Positions 45,861-56,673 of a stretch of DNA of 63,839 nt are shown here, piece by piece. Positions within the stretch are counted from its first letter, which is position 1, and every line of letters begins with the position of its first letter. Source of the DNA: Bacillota bacterium. Lineage in GTDB: Bacteria > Bacillota > Clostridia > Christensenellales > CAG-138. The notes under the pieces were generated by a model. That model had not been told where the DNA came from. It was given only the letters and a program-made list of their open reading frames with translations, and did not search any database. The DNA lies in assembly GCA_023399275.1 (NCBI GenBank), contig JAEWQH010000052.1:1-63839 (forward strand), read 5' to 3'. The position numbers and the translations under genes were made by a program.

Positions 45861-47231
45861 TCACTGATTTTCCTGCGCGATGGAGCGAAAGCGCGTATAT
45901 TCGCCCTGCCAGAGCAGCTTGACTACGCCGGTCGAACCATGGCGGTGCTTGGCGATGATGATCTGGCTCGTGTTGTCGCCCATCTCGAATTCCTGCGTAT
46001 CCATATAGGCCGCGGGGCGATAGAGCAGTATCACCATGTCCGCATCCTGCTCGATCGAGCCGCTCTCGCGCAGATCCGAGATCACCGGCCGGTGGTCGGT
46101 GCGCGTATCCGGCCCGCGGTTGAGCTGGCAAAGCAGTATGATCGGCACGTTGAGCTCCCGCGCCAGCAGCTTGAGCTGGCGCGTCATGTCGGAGATTTCC
46201 TGCATGCGGTTGCCGTCCTTGCGGCTGCCACTGGACTGCATGAGCTGCAGGTAGTCGATGACGACCATGTCGAGCCCGGCGCGCGCGGCAAGCCGCCTGC
46301 ACTTGCTGCGGATCATGGGCACGCTCGCGCCGCTGGAATCGTCGATATAGATCTTCGCCCGGCTCATGGGATCCATCACCTCCATGAGCGCGTTCATCTC
46401 GTTGTTGCCGATGAGTCCTTCCTTGATGCGCTGGGAGTCGACCGAGGCCTCCGTGCAGAGCATGCGCATGACAAGCTGCTCGCTGCTCATCTCGAGGCTG
46501 AATACCACTACCGTGCGCGCATTGTGCACGGCGGCATACTGGGCGATGTTCATTGCAAAGCTCGATTTGCCCATGGCGGGGCGGCTGGCCACGATGACCA
46601 GGTCGCTCTTTTGAAAGCCGTTTGTCATGCGATCCAGCTCGATAAACCCGCTGGGAACACCCGTGATCTTGCCGCGGCGCTGCGCCAGCTCGCCGATGAG
46701 GTTGTACGCCTCCGGAACGATCTGCTCCATGGGTACGAGCGTGCCCTGCACCTTGCGCATGGAGATCTCGTAGATGCGCTTCTCCGCCTGGTTGAGCGTA
46801 TCTTCGATCTCCTTCTCGTCGTCCATGCCATCGCGGATGATCTCGCCGCCCGCGCGAATGAGCGCGCGCTGCGTGCTCTTAGTCTCCACAAGGCCGATAT
46901 AGTGCTGCACGTTGGCCGCCGTCGGCACAAACGTGACCAGATCGGTCAGGTACGTCAGCCCACCCGCCATATCCAGCTTATTGTGCCGCTCCAGCTCGGC
47001 CGTGAGCGTCACGAGGTCCACCGCGTTCCCGCCCGCGCGCACATCCCGCATGGCGGCGAAGATGGCTGCATTTGCAGGGACGTAAAAGTCCTCCTCATGC
47101 AGCTGCTCGAGGCAGGCCTCCAGCGCGGCGACGTCGATGAGCATGCTGCCGAGCACGGAGCGCTCCGCGTCGCTCGCGTGCGGCAGCGTGGTCACTGCGC
47201 CTTCCGGCTGGCTGAATTCATATTGTTCCAT
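45861..47231 (-). CDS. dnaB: replicative DNA helicase
   Basis: DnaB N-domain plus a RecA-like domain with Walker A SRPAMGKSSF. No intein. Confidence 0.95.
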   Translation of the reverse strand: MEQYEFSQPEGAVTTLPHASDAERSVLGSMLIDVAALEACLEQLHEEDFYVPANAAIFAAMRDVRAGGNAVDLVTLTAELERHNKLDMAGGLTYLTDLVTFVPTAANVQHYIGLVETKSTQRALIRAGGEIIRDGMDDEKEIEDTLNQAEKRIYEISMRKVQGTLVPMEQIVPEAYNLIGELAQRRGKITGVPSGFIELDRMTNGFQKSDLVIVASRPAMGKSSFAMNIAQYAAVHNARTVVVFSLEMSSEQLVMRMLCTEASVDSQRIKEGLIGNNEMNALMEVMDPMSRAKIYIDDSSGASVPMIRSKCRRLAARAGLDMVVIDYLQLMQSSGSRKDGNRMQEISDMTRQLKLLARELNVPIILLCQLNRGPDTRTDHRPVISDLRESGSIEQDADMVILLYRPAAYMDTQEFEMGDNTSQIIIAKHRHGSTGVVKLLWQGEYTRFRSIAQENQ

Positions 47232-47305
47232 CGGCTTTTGCGATCCCTTCGAAAGTCGGTTTGGCGCATCCGGCCGTCAGGCCGTTGCACCCGGCCGCGC
47301 TTTGA

Positions 47306-47752
47306 TCAGCACTTTTCTACGACGACCTTGACCGACGCAAACGTGTTTTCATACAGGCTTACGCGCACGTTGTATTCCCCGAGCGCACGGATCGGCTCGG
47401 TCAGCGCGATCTTTTTCTTATCGACCTCCACCTGCTTTTGCTCCTGAATCGCAGCCGCGACTTCCTTGCCGGTGATCGCGCCGAAGAGATGCCCGTTTTC
47501 GCCAACCTTAGCCTTCACCGTAACGACCGCGCCCTCGAGCTGCTTTGCCAGCTCGCGCGCCGCCAGGCCAGCTTGAAATTTCTTGTGTGCCGCGGCGCTC
47601 TTTTGAATGCTCGCAGCGTTGATCGCCTGTGCGTCCGCGGGCGTCGCCAGCTTGCGCGGCAGGAGAAAATTACGCGCGTAGCCGTCCGAAACGTCCACGA
47701 TTTCGCCCTTTTTACCCGTCCCCTTGACGTCTTGCTCCAGTAAAAGCTTCAT
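47306..47752 (-). CDS. rplI: 50S ribosomal protein L9
   Basis: [32 protein letters not shown] is a canonical L9 N-terminus. Confidence 0.95.
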   Translation of the reverse strand: MKLLLEQDVKGTGKKGEIVDVSDGYARNFLLPRKLATPADAQAINAASIQKSAAAHKKFQAGLAARELAKQLEGAVVTVKAKVGENGHLFGAITGKEVAAAIQEQKQVEVDKKKIALTEPIRALGEYNVRVSLYENTFASVKVVVEKC

Positions 47753-49710
47753 GGTATGCTCTGTACCTCCTGCATGTATTGTTCGATGGCGCTGCGCACC
47801 TGCGCCTCCGCCTCGTCGAGTTCCATATTGGTCAGCTGCGCGCCCGCCATCGTCAGGTGTCCGCCGCCGCCGAGGCGTTCGCAGATGATCTGCACGTTGA
47901 TGCCGCCCAGCGAGCGGCCGCTGACGCTGATGCTCTCGCCGTCGCGCCCGAGCACAAACGCCGCCTCGATGCCCTTGATGCCGATAAGCTCGTCCGCCGA
48001 TTTGGCGGCGATGAGAGACGCGTTTCGGATCTCTTCGCCGACGCTGGCCAGCGCGACGCCTTCGGGCAGGAGCTCCGCGCTGCGCACGGTGGTGGCCACG
48101 TCGCCAAAGCTCTCCATATCGTCCTGAAACATCTGCTTGACCATGCTCGTATCCGCGCCGTTCTTTCGCAGATATCCCGCCGCCTCAAACGTGCGCGAGC
48201 CAACGTTGAACGCAAAGTGCTTGGTATCGATCGTGATGCCGGCCAGCAGTGTGCCGCACACCAGCGCGGGCGGGCGGATGTTGGTGTCGAAATACTGCAG
48301 CAGCTCCGTGACCAGTTCGCTGGTGGAGGATGCGCGCGCCTCGAGAAAGTGCAGCGTGGGGTTTTCGATATGATCCGCCCCGCGCCTGTGGTGATCGATC
48401 ACGACCACGCGCCCTGCAAGCTCCAGCAGCTTCGGCGCGACCAGCGAGCCTACGCGCTGGGTATCCACCACCACGAGCACGCTCGTCGGCCGCATGAGCC
48501 GCTCCGCCTGCTCGGGCGAGACGAGCATCTCGCTGAACGTCCGGTTTTCGCGGATGAGCTCGAGCGCATGCTCGATCATGTTGTTCTGCTCGCCGAGCAC
48601 GATATAGGCGCGCGAGCCCGCGTGATTGGCACAGGTGGCCACGCCGAGCGCGGCGCCGATGCAGTCCAGATCCGGCCGGCTGTGGCCGACGATGAAGATA
48701 TCCCCCGTGTTCTCAAACAACTGACGCAGCGCCTTGCTAAAGAGCCGCATCTTGACCCGGCTCTGCTGCGCCTCGAGCTGGCGCCTGCCGCCATAGAACA
48801 GGTATCCGCTGCCCTTTTTAACGACTGCCTGGTCGCCGCCGCGCCCCAGTGCAAGCTCCATCGCCTGCCGCGCGCTCTCATCCGCATGCGCGATGCGATC
48901 CGCCACGCCCACGGCGATCGAGAGCGAAACGAGCATATTCGTGCCCGTATCAACCCCGTGCGCCTGCTCCAGCAGCGGAAAGCGCGCCCGCTCTATTTGC
49001 GGCAGGTGCTGCGCTTCAAATATGACGAAGAAGCGCCCGTTTTCATAGCGCCGGTACACACCGTCCACGCTTTTGACAAAGTCGGCCACCAGCCGCTCCA
49101 CCTCCGAGAACACGCTCGCGCGGTGAAACTGCACGTCCGCCGAGAGCTCCTCGTAGTTGTCGATGTAAATGAGCGCGACATAGGGCATCTGCTCTTCAAA
49201 GAGCCGCTGATAGTGCGCGGCCTCCGTGCGGTCCAGCCAATACTGAAACTGCATGGCACGCTCGTCCTTCTCGCGGTATACCGGCACGCTCATCACCTGG
49301 TAGACGCTGCCCGCGTGCTCCACCGACACGGCGACCAGCGGCGCGGAAAAATCGAAGTTCGGCTGCAGGCGAACGATATCCGGCCCTGCATATATCTTCT
49401 GCATGGCCTCGTTGCGCCAAACGATCCTGCCGTCGTCCTCAACGAGCGTGCAGGGAATCGAAACCTGATTGACGAGGTGTTCTGCGATCTTGGAGTTTTC
49501 GGAGAACACATCGTCCATGCGCCGCTGGATGGCGGCGGCGCGCTTTCGCTCCAGACCGAGGGAGACAAAGAACACGATCAGGCTCACGCCGAGCGCGCTC
49601 AGCGCGGCGATCAGGCGATAGGCCTGATACCAGCCGGACGCGAGGATGGCGAGGCTGAGCACGCCGAGCAGTATGCCCAGCGGCAGGAGAATCGTCTTCG
49701 TCTTCTTCAT
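47749..49710 (-). CDS. gdpP: cyclic-di-AMP phosphodiesterase GdpP (YybT)
   Basis: Two N-terminal TM helices, PAS-like and degenerate GGDEF regions, DHH (VVIDHHR) and DHHA1 (GGGH). 4-nt overlap with rplI. Confidence 0.85.
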   Translation of the reverse strand: MKKTKTILLPLGILLGVLSLAILASGWYQAYRLIAALSALGVSLIVFFVSLGLERKRAAAIQRRMDDVFSENSKIAEHLVNQVSIPCTLVEDDGRIVWRNEAMQKIYAGPDIVRLQPNFDFSAPLVAVSVEHAGSVYQVMSVPVYREKDERAMQFQYWLDRTEAAHYQRLFEEQMPYVALIYIDNYEELSADVQFHRASVFSEVERLVADFVKSVDGVYRRYENGRFFVIFEAQHLPQIERARFPLLEQAHGVDTGTNMLVSLSIAVGVADRIAHADESARQAMELALGRGGDQAVVKKGSGYLFYGGRRQLEAQQSRVKMRLFSKALRQLFENTGDIFIVGHSRPDLDCIGAALGVATCANHAGSRAYIVLGEQNNMIEHALELIRENRTFSEMLVSPEQAERLMRPTSVLVVVDTQRVGSLVAPKLLELAGRVVVIDHHRRGADHIENPTLHFLEARASSTSELVTELLQYFDTNIRPPALVCGTLLAGITIDTKHFAFNVGSRTFEAAGYLRKNGADTSMVKQMFQDDMESFGDVATTVRSAELLPEGVALASVGEEIRNASLIAAKSADELIGIKGIEAAFVLGRDGESISVSGRSLGGINVQIICERLGGGGHLTMAGAQLTNMELDEAEAQVRSAIEQYMQEVQSIP

Positions 49711-49760
49711 ATCGTCTCACTTTCCGATTAAGCCGGGCAGGGCGCCCGTGTCGCGCGGCG

Positions 49761-50741
49761 CTAGATTGCCGCACGCGGCGGCATGCCGCGCATGCGCTCC
49801 CGCAGCCGGAAGATCAGGTCAAAACATCCGATCAGCACCAGCGGATAGAGTGCGAGCCGGAGCAGGATGCCGATGCCGGTGTAGGTCAGCGCCCGCTTAA
49901 GCGCGATGTTCTTCTGCGAGCGGACGATGAAAAAATCCACCACGCAGAGCCCCAGCAGCAGCAGCGGCAGCGCTACGAGAACATTCACCGTCACGGCGAA
50001 GCTCACGGCATATTCCCACTCGGCAAGCTCCAGAATCAGCGAGCCGATCAGCATCGTAAAAAGCCCAAGCGTCAGGCTGCGCGGCAGCGTCCACTCGCGA
50101 AACGGCCGGATCGGCGAGATCGAAATCTCCGCATGCCTGCGGCAAAAAAGCCGAAAAAGCAGCAGGTTGCCAAGCCCCAGCACGCTGGCAAAAACGCACA
50201 GTACGGCGACAAACCCACTCGGCACGGCTTCGTAGAGCGCGTCGATCATCTCCGTAGCGGTCGCGGCCATCTCCTGGCTGATCTGCGGCGTCTGGGCAAG
50301 CGCCGCGCGGTACAGGTCGCCTGCAGTCGCCATCGCGCTCTGAATATCCGCAAACGCCCCCCTGCCATCGAGAACCCCCGGCAGGCAGAGCGCGGCATAC
50401 AGTCCGGCAAGAAACACGCCGGCAAGCAGCAGCGCCGTGTCCGCATTGCCAGCGCCGCGCGTCATCAGCACGCTGAGCAGCACTGCGGCAAGCACCGCCG
50501 CGCCGGTCAGCCCGGCGGCAGAGACCGCGTTGTCGAGCGCAAACATGGCGACGGCAAAGACCGTCGCAGGCAGTATGATCCAGTGCGGCTTCGTCCGCAC
50601 CGCGGCAAACGCCCAGAGCGCCGGCGCAACCAGCAGCCCGGCGGGAACAAAAGCCGTCAGCACCGCGGAGACGGCGCAGAGCAATAGCAGCAGCCAGCCG
50701 CGCATCCCCGCGCGGTGCGATCCTTGGTTACAATCTTCCAT
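49761..50741 (-). CDS. DUF2232 (YybS-like) membrane protein
   Basis: Polytopic membrane protein immediately upstream of gdpP, as in B. subtilis yybS-yybT. An alternative start is M13 (50705). Confidence 0.65.
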   Translation of the reverse strand: MEDCNQGSHRAGMRGWLLLLLCAVSAVLTAFVPAGLLVAPALWAFAAVRTKPHWIILPATVFAVAMFALDNAVSAAGLTGAAVLAAVLLSVLMTRGAGNADTALLLAGVFLAGLYAALCLPGVLDGRGAFADIQSAMATAGDLYRAALAQTPQISQEMAATATEMIDALYEAVPSGFVAVLCVFASVLGLGNLLLFRLFCRRHAEISISPIRPFREWTLPRSLTLGLFTMLIGSLILELAEWEYAVSFAVTVNVLVALPLLLLGLCVVDFFIVRSQKNIALKRALTYTGIGILLRLALYPLVLIGCFDLIFRLRERMRGMPPRAAI

Positions 50742-50828
50742 GTTATCATTTTATCGTCCGGCGCGCAGGAAATCAAGGCGCAGCGCGCGTAGAAATCCGA
50801 CTTTCCCCGCAATCCCCTCTCCCGCGGA

Positions 50829-50860
50829 CAAAAACGGCCGGAAGCACACGCCTCCGGTCG
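50829..50860 (-). terminator. candidate terminator after the GH3 gene
   Basis: Minus strand CCGGAGGCGTGTGCTTCCGG followed by CCGTTTTTG. Confidence 0.4.
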
Positions 50861-50926
50861 TTCGGCCCCGATTGCAGATTCTCCCGGCCGCATCCTTCTT
50901 TCGCTGCCCGGGAGCCGGTCGTTTGA

Positions 50927-52450
50927 TCAGTTCTCCTGCGCCGCGCGCGCCGCCACCGCCGCCTCGATATCCCATGTGCCAAGCGAGAGCTTTTTGAGCA
51001 GCACCCGCCGCACGCTTTCGTCGATGCGCTCCTGCGTCAGCCGCCCGTCCGCCGCCGCAGTGCTGAGCGCCTGCGCGATCGCCTTTTGCGTGTCGCTCTG
51101 CGTACCGCAGACGATGATATCGCCCCCCGCGAGGAGGAAGCGCACCGCCGCCTCACCGGCCGCATAGCGGCTCGTCAGCCCCTCCATGCGGAAATCGTCG
51201 CTGATCACCAGCCCGTCGAACCCCATCCCGCCGCGCAGCAGCCCAGTTATGATCGGCTCGCTTACGGAGGCGACATCCGCCTCGTCCAGCGCGGGATAGA
51301 GCACGTGCGCAACCATGATCGCGTCCACACCGGATTCGATCGCGCTTGCAAACGGGACCAAGTCGTAGCTTTGCAGCGCCGCAAGCGTCTTGTTCACCGT
51401 AGGCGTCACGACGTGGGAATCCTCCAGCGTACCGCCGTGCCCGGGAAAATGCTTGGCGACGGAAAGGCAGCCGCCCGCATGCAGCCCTTCGATGATCGCG
51501 CTGCCGATGGCGGCGGTGATGCTTGCGTCCTCAGAGATGATCCGCGTCTCCAGAAAGGTCTCCATGGGGTCTTCGGCGACATCCAGCACGGGCGCAAGGT
51601 CCATGTTGATGCCGATGCTCACGAGCTTTTCTCCGATGGTTTGAAACTGCTGCGCAGCATAGTCCGCATCTCTGCGCCGCCCGAGCGAGCGCGCGGATAC
51701 CGGCTGCGGATCCCAGCGAAAGCGCACGACGCTGCCGCCCTCGACGTCTATGCTGATCAGCGGCGGAATATCGCTGTCGATGCGGCTGGTGATCTGCGCG
51801 GTGAGCTTTTTTGCCTGCCCGAACCCGCCGTCGCTGTTGCCGCTCTTGATATTCGCGCCGTAGAGAATTGCATTGCCTACGGTGTAGTCGTTCCAGATTT
51901 GCAGGAAGGGATCCTGCACGTCCGCCGTGCCGGAAAAACCAAACATGAGCAGCTGCCCGAGCTTCTCCTGCTGGCTCATGGTCGTCATATAGCGCTCCAC
52001 CCATTCCTCCGCCGTCTCCGGCTCCATCTGCGGCGTGGGCGTCGGCTCCATGCTTGGCGTGGGCGTCGGCGCGGGCGTATCCGCAGGCTCCGCCGGCGTG
52101 GCGGTCGGCGTCTGCTGCGCCGCCCAAACGTCGTATCGCAGCGCAGGCATCACGCCAAAGAGCACGCCTGCGCCCAGGCCGAGCAGCAGCGCGAGCGCCG
52201 CAAGCGCAAGCAACAGTTTTTTAAACGCATTTCCGAACAACAGCGCTCTCCGTTTCCCGATATCGTTTGGCTGACGTGATACGGCTTTTTGGCCGCTTCC
52301 CAGCCGCCGCGCCGCCCTTGGGCGGCTCGCTGTACCCATCCGCACGCGGGGAGGTGATTTGTGTCCATTATACCCCGAACGCTCAAAAAAAGTAAACCTC
52401 GCGTTGGCAACCGCGGCGGAGCCGGGCAGATTCCGCCGCCGATTGCGCAT
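50927..52450 (-). CDS. GH3 beta-N-acetylhexosaminidase-like (NagZ family), membrane anchored
   Basis: KHFPGHGG motif and GH3 N-domain, with an N-terminal TM and a Pro/Thr-rich linker. The start codon is uncertain (52450 or 52339). Confidence 0.8.
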   Translation of the reverse strand: MRNRRRNLPGSAAVANARFTFFERSGYNGHKSPPRVRMGTASRPRAARRLGSGQKAVSRQPNDIGKRRALLFGNAFKKLLLALAALALLLGLGAGVLFGVMPALRYDVWAAQQTPTATPAEPADTPAPTPTPSMEPTPTPQMEPETAEEWVERYMTTMSQQEKLGQLLMFGFSGTADVQDPFLQIWNDYTVGNAILYGANIKSGNSDGGFGQAKKLTAQITSRIDSDIPPLISIDVEGGSVVRFRWDPQPVSARSLGRRRDADYAAQQFQTIGEKLVSIGINMDLAPVLDVAEDPMETFLETRIISEDASITAAIGSAIIEGLHAGGCLSVAKHFPGHGGTLEDSHVVTPTVNKTLAALQSYDLVPFASAIESGVDAIMVAHVLYPALDEADVASVSEPIITGLLRGGMGFDGLVISDDFRMEGLTSRYAAGEAAVRFLLAGGDIIVCGTQSDTQKAIAQALSTAAADGRLTQERIDESVRRVLLKKLSLGTWDIEAAVAARAAQEN

Positions 52451-52543
52451 TCGCCTTGCAATACACGGTGCGCACGTACTACAATACCCCTGTATCCGGC
52501 TGCTGCAGCAGACGGAAATTCAAAGAAACCAGGAGCGACCAAG

Positions 52544-54274
52544 ATGGAAGATATCGCAAGCAAATCGGCGGGCTCGGACGCGCTGAAGATGGATGTGTTT
52601 TCAAAGATCGAATACAGCCGCCTGGAAATGGGCGCGCTGAAAAAGAGCCTCAAGGCGCACCTGCGCGCCCTAAAGAAAGCCGACACCTACGAGCAGGCGC
52701 GCGCGGCGTACCTCGCCTCACAGGAGGAAACCGGCCACCTCGAAACGAGCTATGTCGTTGCGAGCATTCGAAATACGCTGGACACCGCGGATAAGTTTTA
52801 TGACGGCGAGATGCAGTTTTTCAACCGCGCCGTCGCGCAGCTGATGCCCGTGAGCAAGGCGTTTACCGAGACGCTGCTTCGCTCGCCCTTTCGCGCGCAG
52901 TTTGAGGCGCAATACGGGCGGCAGCTTTTCACGCTCGCCGAGATCGACCACAAGACCCAGAGCACGAAGGTCGTCCCCGATCTGATTTTGCAGGGCAAGC
53001 TGGAAAACGTCTACAAGAAGACTACCGCCGCGTGCAAGACCACCTTCCGCGGAGAGGAAGTCAACTTCTACGGCCTGCTCAAGCACATGGAAAGCCCCGA
53101 CCGCGCGGAGCGCAAGGAGGCTTTTCTTGCCTGGGCGAAGCTCTACGAAGGCATATCGGAAAAACTGGACGAACAGTACGACAAGCTCACCAAGGTGCGC
53201 GTGCGCATGGCGAAAAAACTCGGCCTTGCGGACTATACGGCGCTTGGCTACCTCAACATGCACCGCGCGGACTACGGCCCGGAGGACGTGGCGCGCTTTC
53301 GCGAGCAGGTTCGTGCCGTCATCGTCCCCGCCGTGGAGAAGCTGCGGCAGGCGCAGGCAGCGCGCCTCGGCGTAGAGAAGCTCAAGTATTACGACGAGAC
53401 GTGCATCTTCCCCGACGGCAACGCAGACCCCGTCGGCGGCGAGAGCGTGCTGGTTCCAATCGCGCAGCGCATGTATCGCGAAATCTCCCCCGAGACGGGC
53501 GAGTTCTTCGATTTTCTGTCAAATCACGGCCTGTTTGACCTGGAGACACGCCCCGGCAAACACCTCGGCGGCTACTGCACCTATCTCTTCGACTACAAGG
53601 CGCCGTTTATCTTCTCCAACTTCAATGGAACGGCGGCGGACGTCAACGTGCTCACGCACGAGGCGGGGCACGCATTTGCGGGCTATACCGCCATGCGCAG
53701 TCAGCCGCTGCCGGCCTACCTGAGCTCCACCAGCGAAGTCAACGAAATCCACTCCATGACCATGGAGCACTTCGCCTACCCGTACCTGAAGGATTTCTTT
53801 GGTGCGGACAACGCAGAAAAAGCGAAGTATGCGCATCTTGCCGGCTCGCTTTCCACCATCCCCTATCTGGTGAGTGTGGACGAATTCCAGCACCGCGTGT
53901 ACGAAAACCCCGCCATGAGTGCAAAAGAGCGCCGGGCGGTTTGGCACGAGATCGAGCGTAAGTATCTCCCCTGGCGCGACTACGACGGCGTGCCCTTCCT
54001 CGAGGAAGGCGGATTCTGGATGCAGAAGCAGCACATCTTCCTCTATCCTTTCTATTATGTGGACTATGCGCTGGCGCAGGTCTGCGCCTTCCAGTTCTAC
54101 GGGCGGATGAAGCAGGATCACGCGCAGGCCTGGCAGTCGTATCTTGCGCTCTGCCGCGCAGGCGGGAGCAAGGGATATTTTGACCTGCTGCGGCTCGCCG
54201 GACTCGAGCTTCCGTTTGACGAAGGCAGCGTGGAGCGCGCTGTCCGCCACGTCATAGACGAGCTGAACGCCTGA
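52544..54274 (+). CDS. pepF: M3B oligoendopeptidase F
   Basis: HEAGHAF zinc motif with PepF-like length. Start trimmed to ATG 52544 behind AGGAG. Confidence 0.85.
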   Translation: MEDIASKSAGSDALKMDVFSKIEYSRLEMGALKKSLKAHLRALKKADTYEQARAAYLASQEETGHLETSYVVASIRNTLDTADKFYDGEMQFFNRAVAQLMPVSKAFTETLLRSPFRAQFEAQYGRQLFTLAEIDHKTQSTKVVPDLILQGKLENVYKKTTAACKTTFRGEEVNFYGLLKHMESPDRAERKEAFLAWAKLYEGISEKLDEQYDKLTKVRVRMAKKLGLADYTALGYLNMHRADYGPEDVARFREQVRAVIVPAVEKLRQAQAARLGVEKLKYYDETCIFPDGNADPVGGESVLVPIAQRMYREISPETGEFFDFLSNHGLFDLETRPGKHLGGYCTYLFDYKAPFIFSNFNGTAADVNVLTHEAGHAFAGYTAMRSQPLPAYLSSTSEVNEIHSMTMEHFAYPYLKDFFGADNAEKAKYAHLAGSLSTIPYLVSVDEFQHRVYENPAMSAKERRAVWHEIERKYLPWRDYDGVPFLEEGGFWMQKQHIFLYPFYYVDYALAQVCAFQFYGRMKQDHAQAWQSYLALCRAGGSKGYFDLLRLAGLELPFDEGSVERAVRHVIDELNA

Positions 54275-54281
54275 AGCAACG

Positions 54282-54316
54282 GCGCCCGCGCTTGAGACAG
54301 AGCACGGGCGCTTTTT
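54282..54316 (+). terminator. intrinsic terminator after pepF
   Basis: GCGCCCG...CGGGCGC followed by TTTTT. Confidence 0.6.
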
Positions 54317-54396
54317 CCCACCACCGCATGGCGTGCACGCCGCGGGGATCGGGCGAAAAAACAGATGTAAACAAGTTGTGAGTTTTGCCGTTTTGA

Positions 54397-54426
54397 TTGA
54401 ATCCCCGGGAGGCGGTGTGGTATTAT
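54397..54426 (+). promoter_or_regulatory. candidate promoter for the LCP gene
   Basis: TTGAAT-18 nt-TATTAT with a TGg extended -10. Confidence 0.4.
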
Positions 54427-54474
54427 GGTTGCGTTTTACAGAGTGTAATGAGTTCAGATAAACGAGGTGTACCC

Positions 54475-55590
54475 ATGTCGAAAATCATGAAGATCGTGCT
54501 CATCGTGCTGGCCGTGCTCGTGTTGGCCGTGCTTATCGTCGGCATCTACGTGCTCACCAGCATGCGGGCCGACGCAGTCGAGACCGTTGCAAAGCCGGTG
54601 GATCTCGTCCTTTCGGAAGAACCGGAGCCTGTGGAGGTCGTGCTTAGCGAGCCCACCCCCACGCCGACGTTGATGCCCATCTATGAAGAGGAAGCCAAGG
54701 CGGACAACATCGTCAATATCCTGCTCGTGGGCACCGACTCGCGCAGCACCAAGGCGACCGACAGCGCAGAGGGCCGCTCCGACTCCATGATGCTCGCCTC
54801 GATCAATACCGATCAGGGAACGATCACGCTGATCTCCTTCATGCGTGACTCGCGCGTGCACCGCGTCGGCAAGAGCGGCCGGTTCACGTTTTACGGCCGG
54901 CTCAACGGCGCGTTCAGCGGCGGCTACGGCGGCGGCGGCCCGGGCGAACTGATCAACACGCTCAACGAAAACTTCAAGCTCGATATTCAGGAGTATATCA
55001 CCGTCGGGTTCGACGGCTTCGCCGCGCTCATCGACCAAATCGGCGGGCTGGATGTGGACTGCGACCAGGCAGAGATCAACTTCATCAACGACCGCATCAA
55101 GGGCGACTTCGTCAACGAGCCGGATATCGTGCGCAAAGCGTCCACGATCAAATCGGATCCGGGGGTGATCCACCTCGACGGCGCACAGTGCCTCATCTAC
55201 GCGCGCAACCGCCACACGGGTGTTGACGGCGGCAGCGGCAATGATTTTGACCGCGTCAACCGCCAGCAGGAGATCATAGAGCTCGTGTTCCAGAAGGTGA
55301 CCAAGGAGATGAACGAACAGAGCGTGCTCGCGCTCATCACGTTTGCCTCGCAGTACATCTCGACGAATATGAAGCTGGATACGATGACCGATCTGGCCAA
55401 GCTGCTGCTGAGCAAGGGGATGACCTTCACAAAGACGACCATCCCCGCGGAAGGCACCTACTCCAACTATGTGGACGAGGACGGCACGAAGACCGACCAA
55501 CTGCAGTTTGATCTCGACGAAGCGGCAGATCAGCTCAATATCCTGCTCTACGGCGAATCGTTCGTCCCTACGCCTACACCGGCCGAGTGA
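54475..55590 (+). CDS. LytR-CpsA-Psr (LCP) family protein
   Basis: N-terminal TM, then NILLVGTDSR...RSDSMMLASIN...ISFMRDS LCP motifs. Start trimmed to ATG 54475 behind GAGGTG. Confidence 0.85.
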   Translation: MSKIMKIVLIVLAVLVLAVLIVGIYVLTSMRADAVETVAKPVDLVLSEEPEPVEVVLSEPTPTPTLMPIYEEEAKADNIVNILLVGTDSRSTKATDSAEGRSDSMMLASINTDQGTITLISFMRDSRVHRVGKSGRFTFYGRLNGAFSGGYGGGGPGELINTLNENFKLDIQEYITVGFDGFAALIDQIGGLDVDCDQAEINFINDRIKGDFVNEPDIVRKASTIKSDPGVIHLDGAQCLIYARNRHTGVDGGSGNDFDRVNRQQEIIELVFQKVTKEMNEQSVLALITFASQYISTNMKLDTMTDLAKLLLSKGMTFTKTTIPAEGTYSNYVDEDGTKTDQLQFDLDEAADQLNILLYGESFVPTPTPAE

Positions 55591-55703
55591 GGATCGCCGG
55601 CCGCAGGCCTCTCGCCGCCGCGCTGACTGCGCGGCGGTTTTTTTCGCGCCAAATTCGCTCGGCCGACTACTACCGCGCGCGCTGGCCGTGCTATACTAGA
55701 CGC

Positions 55704-56606
55704 ATGAAACGCATTTTCGTATTGCTGACGATCCTGCTTCTCCCCCTCGCCGCTTGCTCGGCCGGCTCGGACGCGCAGTCGGCCGCGCCAACGCTTTTTG
55801 CCGCGCCCACCCCATCACCGGCGCCCGAGGAACCGCGCACCATTGCCGTCTTTGGCGCGGAGGACGCGCAGACATTTCTCGAAGGCATTCGCTCCGCGGC
55901 GGCAGGCGCGGGTGTCGAGATCGTCTCCATCGACGGCGGGCCGAATGCGCTCGCCGCATATCGACCCGAGGGAGAGGCGGCCGCCATCGTATACCTCGCC
56001 GACGCAGCGGATACGCTGCCGCAAGCCTCGATCCCGTTCTATGTATTCGCCGCGGCGGGGCAAAGCGTACCGGCCGGCACGCCGCACCTGACGTATGCCG
56101 CCGGCGACGCGCCGCAGCTCGCGCTGGACGCCGCGCTGAGCTATCCGCCGCATCTGGCGCCCGTACGTATGATCGGTCTCTTCTCCGCCGAGGACAGCGC
56201 TGCCTACGCGGTCTGGGCCGCCGCCAAGGCGAATGCGGATGTATTTGCAAAGCAGGAGTACTTTGCATCCACCGCGGAAACCGCGCTTGCGGATTGGCTG
56301 ACGGAGACGCTCACGCGCTATTATCCCGGCATGCTGGACGCGATCTATGCCGAATCCGGTGCGCTGGCGGTCGCCGCTGCGGATACGCTCGCGAGCCTTG
56401 GCCGCGACGACCTCGAGGTCTTCTCCGCCGCGTCGGATGCAGGCGCCGCGGGCAAACTTTCGCCCATCCTTCTCTGCGCCGCCGGGGCAAACGAGGCGGA
56501 CGCGGGTGCGCGCTGCTACGTTGAGGCGGTCAAGCTGCTCTCCGGCGGCACGGCCGAAAACGGCACACTTTCCCCTACGCTCAGCTGGTATCCGGAGAAC
56601 CCGTAG
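55704..56606 (+). CDS. lipoprotein, periplasmic-binding-protein-like (uncharacterised)
   Basis: Signal plus lipobox LLPLAAC. An Ala-rich alpha/beta pattern gives a loose type-I PBP resemblance. Start trimmed to ATG 55704. Confidence 0.5.
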   Translation: MKRIFVLLTILLLPLAACSAGSDAQSAAPTLFAAPTPSPAPEEPRTIAVFGAEDAQTFLEGIRSAAAGAGVEIVSIDGGPNALAAYRPEGEAAAIVYLADAADTLPQASIPFYVFAAAGQSVPAGTPHLTYAAGDAPQLALDAALSYPPHLAPVRMIGLFSAEDSAAYAVWAAAKANADVFAKQEYFASTAETALADWLTETLTRYYPGMLDAIYAESGALAVAAADTLASLGRDDLEVFSAASDAGAAGKLSPILLCAAGANEADAGARCYVEAVKLLSGGTAENGTLSPTLSWYPENP

Positions 56607-56622
56607 TTTTGTGGGTACGCAA

Positions 56623-56655
56623 AAGGCGCGGAAGACCATCCGCGCCTTGTTTTCG
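56623..56655. terminator. bidirectional terminator
   Basis: AAGGCGCGG-aagaccat-CCGCGCCTT followed by GTTTTCG. Confidence 0.6.
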
Positions 56656-56673
56656 CCCTCTGCTGCGCATCCT